NCBI RefSeq assembly: GCF_009914755.1 | Contig: NC_060942.1 | DNA: 64,000 nt | Strand: one strand, 5' to 3' | DNA from: the human T2T-CHM13v2.0 reference genome, Homo sapiens | Shown: positions 1 through 10,900 of the stretch, piece by piece | How positions within the stretch are numbered: the first letter of the stretch is position 1 | Layout of the letters: each line of letters opens with the position of its first letter | Position numbers and translations under genes: made by a program | Notes under the pieces: generated by a model | Database searches by the model: none | Told to the model about the DNA's origin: nothing | The model's input: only the letters and a program-made list of their open reading frames with translations

Positions 1-210
1 CCTAACCCTAACCCTAACCCTAACCCTAACCCTAACCCTAACCCTAACCCTAACCCTAACCCTAACCCTAACCCTAACCCTAACCCTATAACCCTAACCC
101 TAACCCTAACCCTAACCCTAACCCTAACCCTAACCCTAACCCTAACCCTAAGACACCTAACCCTAACCCTAACCCTAACCCTAACCCTAACCCTAACCCT
201 AACCCTAACC

Positions 211-251
<41 letters not shown>

Positions 252-2016
252 CCCTAACCCTAACCCTAACCCTAACCCTAACCCTAACCCTAACCCTAAC
301 CCTAACCCTAACCCTAACCCTAACCCTAACCCTAACCCTAACCCTAACCCTAACCCTAACCCTAACCCTAACCCCCTAACCCTAACCCTAACCCTAACCC
401 TAACCCTAACCCTAACCCTAACCCTAACCCTAACCCTAACCCTAACCCTAACCCTAACCCTAACCCTAACCCTAACCCTAACCCTAACCCTAACCCTAAC
501 CCCCTAACCCTAACCCTAACCCTAACCCTAACCCTAACCCTAACCCTAACCCTAACCCTAACCCTAACCCTAACCCTAACCCTAACCCTAACCCTAACCC
601 TAACCCTAACCCTAACCCTAACCCTAACCCTAACCCTAACCCTAACCCTAACCCTAACCCTAACCCTAACCCTAACCCTAACCCTAACCCTAACCCTAAC
701 CCTAACCCTAACCCTAACCCTAACCCTAACCCTAACCCTAACCCTAACCCTAACCCTAACCCTAACCCTAACCCTAACCCTAACCCTAACCCTAACCCTA
801 ACCCTAACCCTAACCCTAACCCTAACCCTAACCCTAACCCTAACCCTAACCCTAACCCTAACCCTAACCCTAACCCTAACCCTAACCCTAACCCTAACCC
901 TAACCCTAACCCTAACCCTAACCCTAACCCTAACCCCTAACCCTAACCCTAACCCTAACCCTAACCCTAACCCTAACCCTAACCCTAACCCTAACCCTAA
1001 CCCTAACCCTAACCCTAACCCTAACCCTAACCCTAACCCTAACCCTAACCCTAACCCTAACCCTAACCCTAACCCTAACCCTAACCCTAACCCTAACCCT
1101 AACCCTAACCCTAACCCTAACCCTAACCCTAACCCTAACCCTAACCCTAACCCTAACCCTAACCCTAACCCTAACCCTAACCCTAACCCTAACCCTAACC
1201 CTAACCCTAACCCTAACCCTAACCCTAACCCTAACCCTAACCCTAACCCTAACCCTAACCCTAACCCTAACCCTAACCCTAACCCTAACCCTAACCCTAA
1301 CCCTAACCCTAACCCTAACCCTAACCCTAACCCTAACCCTAACCCTAACCCTAACCCTAACCCTAACCCTAACCCTAACCCTAACCCTAACCCTAACCCT
1401 AACCCTAACCCTAACCCTAACCCTAACCCTAACCCTAACCCTAACCCTAACCCTAACCCTAACCCTAACCCTAACCCTAACCCTAACCCTAACCCTAACC
1501 CTAACCCTAACCCTAACCCTAACCCTAACCCTAACCCTAACCCTAACCCTAACCCTAACCCTAACCCTAACCCTAACCCTAACCCTAACCCTAACCCTAA
1601 CCCTAACCCTAACCCTAACCCTAACCCTAACCCTAACCCTAACCCTTAACCCTAACCCTAACCCTAACCCTAACCCTAACCCTAACCCTAACCCTAACCC
1701 TAACCCTAACCCTAACCCTAACCCTAACCCTAACCCTAACCCTAACCCTAACCCTTAACCCTAACCCTAACCCTAACCCTAACCCTAACCCTAACCCTAA
1801 CCCTAACCCTAACCCTAACCCTAACCCTAACCCTAACCCCTAACCCTAACCCTAACCCTAACCCTAACCCTAACCCTAACCCTACCCCAACCCCAACCCC
1901 AACCCCAACCCCAACCCTAACCCAACCCTAACCCTAACCCTAACCCTAACCCTAACCCCTAACCCCTAACCCTAACCCCTAACCCTAACCCTAACCCTAA
2001 CCCTAACCCTAACCCT
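1..2016 (-). repeat. Terminal telomere (CCCTAA)n on +, (TTAGGG)n on -; variant repeats concentrated in the proximal ~180 bp
   Basis: Continuous CCCTAA from base 1; CCCCAA/CCCCTAA/CCCAA variants mostly at 1837-2016, a few isolated irregularities further out. Confidence 0.99.
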
Positions 2017-2313
2017 TCTAACTGGACTCTGACCCTGATTGTTGAGGGCTGCAAAGAGGAAGACTTTTATTTACCGTCGCTGTGGCCCCGAGTTGTCCCA
2101 AAGCGAGGTAATGCCCGCAAGGTCTGTGCTGATCAGGACGCAGCTCTGCCTTCGGGGTGCCCCTGGACTGCCCGCCCGCCCGGGTCTGTGCTGAGGAGAA
2201 CGCTGCTCCGCCTCCGCGGTACTCCGGACATCTGTGCAGAGAAGAACGCAGCTGCGCCCTCGCCATGCTCTGCGAGTCTCTGCTGATGAGAACACAGCTT
2301 CACTTTCGCAAAG
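2017..2313. repeat. TAR1 telomere-associated repeat, including degenerate ~46-bp units
   Basis: TCTGTGC(T/A)GA..AGAACGCAGC-like units start at 2123, 2185, 2231 and 2277, directly adjacent to the telomere. Confidence 0.9.
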
Positions 2314-2922
2314 GCGCAGCGCCGGCGCAGGCGCGGAGGGGCGCGCAGCGCCGGCGCAGGCGCGGAGGGGCGCGCAGCGCCGGCGCAGGCGCGGAGGGGC
2401 GCGCAGCGCCGGCGCAGGCGCGGAGGGGCGCGCAGCGCCGGCGCAGGCGCGGAGGGGCGCGCAGCGCCGGCGCAGGCGCGGAGGGGCGCGCAGCGCCGGC
2501 GCAGGCGCGGAGGGGCGCGCAGCGCCGGCGCAGGCGCGGAGGGGCGCGCAGCGCCGGCGCAGGCGCGGAGGGGCGCGCAGCGCCGGCGCAGGCGCGGAGG
2601 GGCGCGCAGCGCCGGCGCAGGCGCGGAGGGGCGCGCAGCGCCGGCGCAGGCGCGGAGGGGCGCGCAGCGCCGGCGCAGGCGCGGAGGGGCGCGCAGCGCC
2701 GGCGCAGGCGCGGAGGGGCGCGCAGCGCCGGCGCAGGCGCGGAGGGGCGCGCAGCGCCGGCGCAGGCGCGGAGGGGCGCGCAGCGCCGGCGCAGGCGCGG
2801 AGGGGCGCGCAGCGCCGGCGCAGGCGCGGAGGGGCGCGCAGCGCCGGCGCAGGCGCGGAGGGGCGCGCAGCGCCGGCGCAGGCGCGGAGGGGCGCGCAGC
2901 GCCGGCGCAGGCGCGGAGGGGC
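2123..2922 (-). promoter_or_regulatory. TERRA-type subtelomeric CpG promoter; each 29-mer carries an NRF1-like GCGCAGGCGC motif
   Basis: 29-bp repeats plus TAR1 are the established core of human TERRA promoters. Activity here is inferred. Confidence 0.7.
2314..2922. repeat. 29-bp CpG-rich VNTR, 21 perfect copies (GCGCAGCGCCGGCGCAGGCGCGGAGGGGC)
   Basis: 609 bp = 21x29, counted directly. Confidence 0.97.
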
Positions 2923-3379
2923 GCGCCCGAACCCGAACCCTAATGCCGTCATAAGAGCCCTAGGGAGACCTTAGGGAACAAGCATTAAACTGACACTCGA
3001 TTCTGTAGCCGGCTCTGCCAAGAGACATGGCGTTGCGGTGATATGAGGGCAGGGGTCATGGAAGAAAGCCTTCTGGTTTTAGACCCACAGGAAGATCTGT
3101 GACGCGCTCTTGGGTAGAGCACACGTTGCTGGGCGTGCGCTTGAAAAGAGCCTAAGAAGAGGGGGCGTCTGGAAGGAACCGCAACGCCAAGGGAGGGTGT
3201 CCAGCCTTCCCGCTTCAACACCTGGACACATTCTGGAAAGTTTCCTAAGAAAGCCAGAAAAATAATTTAAAAAAAAATCCAGAGGCCAGACGGGCTAATG
3301 GGGCTTTACTGCGACTATCTGGCTTAATCCTCCAAACAACCTTGCCATACCAGCCCATCAGTCCTCTGAGACAGGTGAA

Positions 3380-4370
3380 GAACCTGAGGTCGCAGGAGGA
3401 CACCCAGAAGGTCCAGAGAGAGCCTCCTAGGCCCCCCACCTCCCCCCGTGGCAGCTCCAACCCCAGCTTTTTCACTAGTAAGGCAGTCGGGCCCCTGGGC
3501 CACGCCCACTCCCCCAAGCGGGGAAGGACCTTCGCGCTGCCGCTTGGCTGGGGACTGGGCACCGCCCTCCCGCGGCTCCTGAGCCGGCTGCCACCAGGGG
3601 GCGCGCCAGCGGTGTCCGGGAGCCTAGCGGCGCGTGTACAGCGGCCAGTGCACCTGCTCTGGCCCTCGCCGCGGTCTCTGCCAGGACCCCGACGCCCAGC
3701 CTGACCCTGCCATTCAGCGGGGCTGCGGCTCCACGGCCTGCGACAGCAGCCCCACCTGGCATTCAGCGCGCTCCCGGGGGCAGAGGTCGCGGTGTCCTCA
3801 CGCTGTGGTGCCGGCCTACAACCCCCACGCCGGGCTCGGGCCCGGCGAAGGAGGGCGATGCTCCCCGGGTAGGACAAACCGGTCACCTGGGCTGCGACGG
3901 CGGCTTAGGGGCAGAAGCGGCGGTCCAGGGCCGCCTGGCGCAGCAGCCTGTCCCAGCCGCGGTCCCTGCAGTCCCTCCCTGGCGGCTGCGCAGCCGTCCC
4001 ACGACAGGGGCCATAAACTCTCCAGAGCGGAAAGCCGCACCCTGGTGGCCCGGCCCCGCGCCCAGACCTGGCGGCCGCTGGCACCTGACCCGCTGCATGG
4101 GTCTCCAGGGAGCTCGCTGCCCACCCGGCGCTGCAGGCTCGGCTCCCTCGTACACTCTCTGGTAGGTGCTAGGGACGACCCTATGGGCCAGCTTGCCATG
4201 CCCAGTCCCCAGGCCGCACCCACCCTGGCTCCCTGGGCTAGGGGACTGGCTCCTCCTGTGAGTCGTGGGTCTGGGAGGCAGGGGCGTTAGGGGAGAGTGA
4301 GGGACCGAGGGCAGCCCCTGCTGTGTGCACAGCGAGGTCGTGCACAGGCGTCTGTTGCAGAGCGTGCAGC
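3380..4370. promoter_or_regulatory. Subtelomeric CpG island
   Basis: Very GC/CpG-dense non-tandem sequence; boundaries approximate. Confidence 0.8.
3591..3604 (+). promoter_or_regulatory. CTCF consensus site CCACCAGGGGGCGC
   Basis: Exact match to the CTCF core motif, about 1.6 kb from the telomere tract. Confidence 0.75.
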
Positions 4371-7099
4371 TTCAGATGAGACTGGATTGCAGGTGGAGAT
4401 GACTGTGGGTGCGCACACCTGGAGGTGAAGGGGAGGCAGCCTGTCTACCTGACCCATGAAATACAGGAGACTGTACCCCAGAAGCAGCGGGTTCACTGCT
4501 CCATTGATTAAGCAAGTCTGGGACACACATGTAGCTAAGCTGTGAGTTCTGTACCAGCGATCCCAACACCCACGCCCTCAGAAAGACACTGGTGTGGGGC
4601 CTGGGTGCTTGTCAGGCCTGAAAGTGGAGAGCACGGGCCAGAGACTGAGTAGGGGGAACCCACCCTAGCGCTCTGAGGGACGACGATGTGGGGAGCTGGT
4701 GACAGAGCCTGAGCTGGCCCAATGTTGCACGGTGGGGACAGATTCGAGGTACAGTGGGGACTGGTGACCTCAGTTCCCAGTGTCCCAGCCTGGCCTCCCA
4801 GTCCACCCAACAATTAGTGGGTGCTGCCCTGCAAAGACTCTGGGGGTGCCTCAGCCCTCCTCATCACACGTGACTGGTGACTTCTGTGTCCACCCGCACA
4901 ATAAGAGGGATCTTCTCTCACTTTCAGGCAAGCCCAAGAAAGTCAGGGGCCTATGTGAGCCAAAGAGGAGAGAAGGTGATGCCTCAGCCCAGTGTTTTCT
5001 GCCCCACCCTCGCTTGTGGCCTTCGGAACTTGATTTGCACCGCAGGAAAAATGGGCAATGAAAACCCCTCCCTAACTGGCTTCTCAGTCCACTCTGACCA
5101 GCCCACTGCACAGCGCCCACCCTGCAGCTCCAGGTACAGAGGCTGGGATGGCTCTGGGCTGACCTAAGGGCCTTCTGATGGCTCCAACCCTCGGGATGCC
5201 TCATGCTCACCCTTTGGCACCCACCTGACAGCTCAGCATCTCTGCTCTCTGCCATCCTCAATGCCTGCTCTAGACAAGCCCAAGTCCCCCAGGAGTGGCA
5301 GAGGGAACTGAGCCGAAAACTAAGTCTCGGCTCACTGAACCCCAAGTGGGCTGTCCAGCCTCGCCCTTCAGTTCACAACCCCAGGCAGGTTCCCTCCAGG
5401 GATGTGATCCCAGGGGCCACAGCAGCACATTCTGGCCTAACCTATCCACTATTTAAACAGTTACTGAAAAGGCCAGGATGGCCGTGGGCCCTGACATTAA
5501 TCCCCTTTCTCTGTGAGGGGGCTGGGTTGGGTTTGCCATCCTGATGTCTTTGTGGAAAGAGCTGGCAGGTGAAGCAAGTCTCAGGGGCCAGCCATGGGAC
5601 AAGGAACCTAGGACTGGCCTCTGCTGGAACCCTCTGAGGCCCCTGCGGACAGGAGGATCCAATGGAGGTCTAGCCACCCCTCCCAGGTTGGTGCTCACAG
5701 CCCCTCCCTGGCCCACTCCCTGCACACCTGCACCTGCTGGTCTCTGGGAGAGGAGCATCCATCCATCTTGTGCGCATAGCTTTCGGCTCCATTTTCATGA
5801 GGATGGTCTCCTTGGCAGAAATGCCCATTAGGGGATCCTGAGCCTGTGCTAGCTCTTCTCTAAGTGCCAAAGCCAGTGAGAGGGACTTGAAAACTCAAGA
5901 CTTATTAACATTATTTTCTGCATTTTGTGCTTTCAGGGTTGTTTTTTCCTTAAAATGTGTAAAAACAAACATTGAGATTTCTATCTTTTATATAATTTGG
6001 ATTCTGTTATCACACGGACTTTTCCTGAAATTTATTTTTATGTATGTATATCAAACATTGAATTTCTGTTTTCTTCTTTACTGGAATTGTTAACTGTTTT
6101 ATAGGCCAAATCTTTTAAAAAAAACACATCTCTCTAATTTCTCTAAACATTTCTAATTACATATATATTTACTATACCTAATACACTACTTTGGAATTCC
6201 TTGAGGCCTAAATGCATCGGGGTGCTCTGGTTTTGTTGTTGTTATTTCTGAATGACATTTACTTTGGTGCTCTTTATTTTGCGTATTTAAAACTATTAGA
6301 TCGTGTGATTATATTTGACAGGTCTTAATTGACGCGCTGTTCAGCCCTTTGAGTTCGGTTGAGTTTTGGGTTGGAGAATTTTCTTCCACAAGGGATTGTC
6401 TTGGATTTTTCTGTTTCTCCCTCAATATCCACCTGGAAAACATTTCAATTAATTTATATTTACTTAAATATTTCTGTGCAAAAACTGTGTACAAAAGCCC
6501 CAAAGCATAATTTGTGCAGTTGAGCGCATGTTCTGTTGTTCAGCATTTATGGTGGTTGGTAGTGGAAAAGATTTTTAGAATATGTGGATTTTCGGGATAT
6601 TCCCAGAAGCCCAGATAGCGACACTTTACCTTTGGAGGAATTACTTCTCAGAATATTGCACACAATCAATCGCCTTTGGAAGGAGCATATATCCCCAGCA
6701 AAAGCTCTGGTTTTTTGAAGTCTGTATTGTGTGTTACTTCCAGGAGAATATGCAATGATGACAATGTTATTAGATGATTCAAATATGAAGTGCTGTTATG
6801 CCAAACAATGAATCTTTGTGTTATACATTATGCCTAACTATAAATCTTTGTGTTATACATTTTAATGTCATTGGAGAGTACTCCTGTCTTCTTGGCATTA
6901 TTGATAATTAGATTCTAATTGCTAATAAGTCAGAAAAATTAGGAACACCAAATTTCAGTTGTCTCAAAAGCACTCCTCTTATTAAATTTGGATGTTTACC
7001 TTTATCACATCAAAAGAAATATTGTTAGAAAGGTGTTTAATGTTTTGCAGATGGATAGATTACTGTTATTAGTTCTCATTTCATTGTTAATTTTTAAAA

Positions 7100-7900
7100 C
7101 CATAAGGTTGGAAGTATCAATATGCCTTTCAATATACCTTAGTGGAATTTATTAAATTTTCATGGATGTCCTTTAGGGGGTTCAGGAAGTTATTTCTATT
7201 GCTAGATTTCTGGAAGATTTATCAGGAATGAGTGTCAGACATTGTCAGACGTCCATTGAAATCATCATGGTCTTTTCCTTTATTCTATTAATATGATGTA
7301 TTACACTGATTGATTTTTAAATTTGTATTGGTAGGATAATTCCACTTGGTTATATTGTCTAACTTTTTTCTAATTTTCTTTCATTTTTATTACAGATGAG
7401 GCCTCACTCTGTCACCCAGGTTGGGGTGGAGTGGCACAGTCACAGCTCACTATAACCTCAAGCTCCTGGGCTCAAGTGATCCTGCCACCTCAGCCTCCTA
7501 AGTAGCTGGAACTACAGATGTGCACTGCCATGCCAGGCTTGTCTAACATTTTTATGTGTTGCTTCATCCAGTTTGCTAGAGTTTTTGGAGATTTCTGTCT
7601 TCATTCATGAGGGATAATAGTCTGCACTTTTATTTTCTTGTGATACTTTTGTCTGATTTGTTATCTGGGTAATACTGGCCTTGAAAATGAATTGATGTTT
7701 TCCTGCTTCTCTGCTTTGCAAGTGTTTGTGAAGGATTGGTTATTCATTAAGTGTTTAATAGAATTCACTAGTGAAGCTATGTGAGCCAGGGCTAGACTGA
7801 TGAAGAGTTTTCATTAGTCTAATCTGTTTACTTGCTGTATAAGTACGCATATATTCTCTTTCTTCTTGATTTAATTTTACACTTTGTGTATAGCAGGGAA
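7100..7900 (-). mobile_element. Old L1M ORF2 fragment, interrupted by an Alu monomer
   Basis: Antisense L1 ORF2-like text, e.g. ATAATTCCACTTGGT...GGGTAATACTGGCCTTGAAAATGAATTG; boundaries approximate. Confidence 0.6.
7383..7539 (-). mobile_element. Alu monomer (FRAM/AluJ arm)
   Basis: CTCACTCTGTCACCCAGG...CTCAGCCTCC; flanking TTGTCTAAC duplication. Confidence 0.85.
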
Positions 7901-10900
7901 TCTGTGTCTAATTTGTAGTATTTCATGCTTCTAGGTTTTCATGGCAGTTGAGATGTAAGAATAACAATAATGTTGGGAGAAGGAAGTTGTGGACAATCCA
8001 TGAATATCCCAACATCTGTTGTAGGAAGGTTAAGATTACTTTTTTTTTTTTTGCTGTACTGAACTGAATACTCTTATTTATAATGTCAGACAAATGTAAT
8101 GTTGTATATAAATAGAACTAGGAAAATGTGCCATTTGTCTTAGTATTTAATCAAGATGGAAGTCTGGGCCTACCTCCTCTCTTTTATTAATATGTAGACA
8201 GGACACCAACACAAATTAGAATGAAGACAAACAAAATGTTAGCAAATGAAGAATGGTATCAATTGGTTAAAATGTGATGAAATAGAGTGGTGAATATTTA
8301 CATAGAATCCATGATGTGTTAGGTGCTATTTCAAGCTATTTGCACATATAGTTTTAATACCAATGACGTTAAAATGTATAACACAAAGATTCATATAAAT
8401 AAAAATTACAACATTGTAAATAATATTAGGTGACACTAAAACTGTCATAGAAATACACATTTATATAAAACATAAAGTAACATGAAGTATTAAATTTTAG
8501 AAACTTTGATTACTAATCAGATGAACAACTGATTAGCCTTTTTATCCAGTAAAAAAGGCATACATATTATTTTCAAATTCCAGAGACAAATATTTTAAAT
8601 ATTGAAGTTGAAGACCTAAAAATGTGTCACTGACCTCATGGAAGTAGATATTCACTAGGTGATATTTTCTAGGCTCTCTGAAATTATATCAGAAAAATGT
8701 GAATTAGAATATAACCCATAAATAATATCTGGCCACATACAAAGTAATTGAAGATCAATTTAAATGGCTATTGGATTAAGAAATAGGGACTGAGGTAAAT
8801 TTGCAGTGTCAGGGAGGATCTAAGGAGGAAGCATTGACACTGGAGCCCAAGGACCTGGGATCACAGAACAGATTCTACCAGTGCTAACTTACTGCTCCAC
8901 AGAAAACATCAATTCTGCTCATGCGCAGGTACAATTCATCAAGAAAGGAATTACAACTTCAGAAATGTGTTCAAAATATATCCATACTTTGACATATTAA
9001 TGAAGTAATCACATTCTACACATAACTACTCCATATGGAATACTGGGGAGGAGGTGTTCCAAATAAAGAGACTGAGGATTTCTCATGAGAACTCAGTGTC
9101 TGCTAGAAAATATCTAAGTAAAATATTTTACTTATGTGGAAAGTGTGGATGTTTGTGCATCAAAAGTTTCAAGAATCCCTAAAATTTACAATGGAGATGA
9201 GGAGAAAATATCAGAATTTCCCAGCACCAGAAATAAGGCAAGAAAAAATTCAGAGGGGTTGTAAATGTGAAAAGCCAATGGCTGGTCACACAGCAACATT
9301 GATAACCTTGTGCCTGGACAACTAGAATAAATACATAAACATACACATTGAAAATATTTCCAATATTAGATCTCCCTCATGTGAGAACTAAATTATAAAG
9401 ATTGAAGCATAGAAGAAAATAAGCTACCAGAATAAATTTGATTACACATAAATTTCTGATATTGAAACTGTCACAAATGTTTAAGTTGGTAGTGGAAGAC
9501 AAAGGACATATAATCTTGGGAGTCCTAAGGCCCTGCCCACTGCCAGTCCCTCCACACTACTACAGCTGATGCTTTCTGGAAATCACCACCTCCTGGCAGG
9601 AGCCCAACCAGCACAAATATAGAGCATTAAACCACCAAAGCTAAGGAGGCTCACAGAGTCTATTGCACCCTTCACCACCTCCACTGGAACAGGCGCTGGT
9701 ATCCATGGCTCAGAGACCCAAAGATGGTTCACATCACAGGGCTCTATGCAGACAACCCCCAGTACCAGCCCAAAGCCACGTAGACCTGCTGGGTGGCTAG
9801 ACCCAGAAGAGAGACAACAATCAATGCACTTTGGCTTACAGGAAGCCATGCCCATAGGAAAAAGGGGAGAGTACTACGTCAAGGGAACACCCCGTGGGAT
9901 GAAAGAGTCTGAACAACAGTCTTCAGCCCTAGACCTTTCCTCTGACAGAGTCTACCAAAATGAGAAGGAACCAGAAAACCAACCCTGGTAATCTGACAAA
10001 ACAAGAATCTTCAACACCCCCCAAAAAATCACACCAGTTCATCACCAATGGATCCAAACAAAGAAGAAATCACTGATTCATCTAAAAAAAAATTCAGGTT
10101 AGTTATTAAGCTAATCAGGGAGGGGCCAGAGAAAGATGAAGCCCAATGCAAGAAAATCCAAAAAATGATACAATACGTGAAGGGAGAATTATTCAAGGAA
10201 ATAGATAGCTTAAATAAAAAAATAAAAAATCAGGAAACTTTGGACGTACTTTTAGAAATGTGAAATGCTCTGGAAAGTCTCAGCAATAGAATTGAACAAG
10301 TAGAAGAAAGAAATTCAGAATTCGAAGACAAGGTCTTTGATTTAACCCAATCCAATAAAGACAAAGAAAAAAGAATAAGAAAATATGAGCAAAGTCTCCA
10401 AGGAGTCTGGCATTCTGTTAAATGATGAAACCTAACACTAATTGGTGTACCTGAGGAAGAAGTGAATTCTAAAAGCCAGGAAAACATATTTGGGAGAATA
10501 ATCTAGGAAAACTTCCATGGCCTTGTGAGAGACCTAGACATCCAAATACAAGAACCACAAATAACACCTGGGAAATTCATCACAAAAAGATCTTAGCCTA
10601 GGCACATTGTCATTAGGTTATCCAAAGTTAAGACAAAGGAAAGAATCTTAAGAGCTGTGAGACAGAAGCACTAGGTAACCTATAAAGGAAAACCTGTCAA
10701 ATTAACAGCAGATTTCACAGCAGGAACCTTACAAGCTAGATGGGATTGGGGCCCTTTCTTCAGCCTCCTCAAACAAAACAATTATCAGCCAAGAATTTTG
10801 TATCCAGCAAAACTAAACATCATATATGAAGGAAAGATACAGTCATTTTCAGACAAACAAATGCTGACAGAATTTGCCATTACCAAGCCAGGACTCTAAG

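Noticed and set aside
86-160. Irregular units CCCTATA and an AGACAC insertion in the distal telomere
   Set aside because: Isolated and near the sequence end; probably consensus error.
2314-2922. Regular short repeats as a CRISPR-like array
   Set aside because: No spacers; primate tandem VNTR.
2157-2974. Long Arg/Ala/Gly ORFs on + (also 56233-56972)
   Set aside because: Produced by the stop-free 29-bp repeat; no coding evidence.
3245-5870. Many overlapping 60-220 aa ORFs, and a possible lncRNA from the CpG island
   Set aside because: GC-rich random ORFs with no recognisable domain. A lncRNA is plausible for this locus but exons cannot be supported from sequence alone.
6812-6861. 19-bp direct repeat AATCTTTGTGTTATACATT at 31-bp period
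   Set aside because: Ordinary local slippage duplication.
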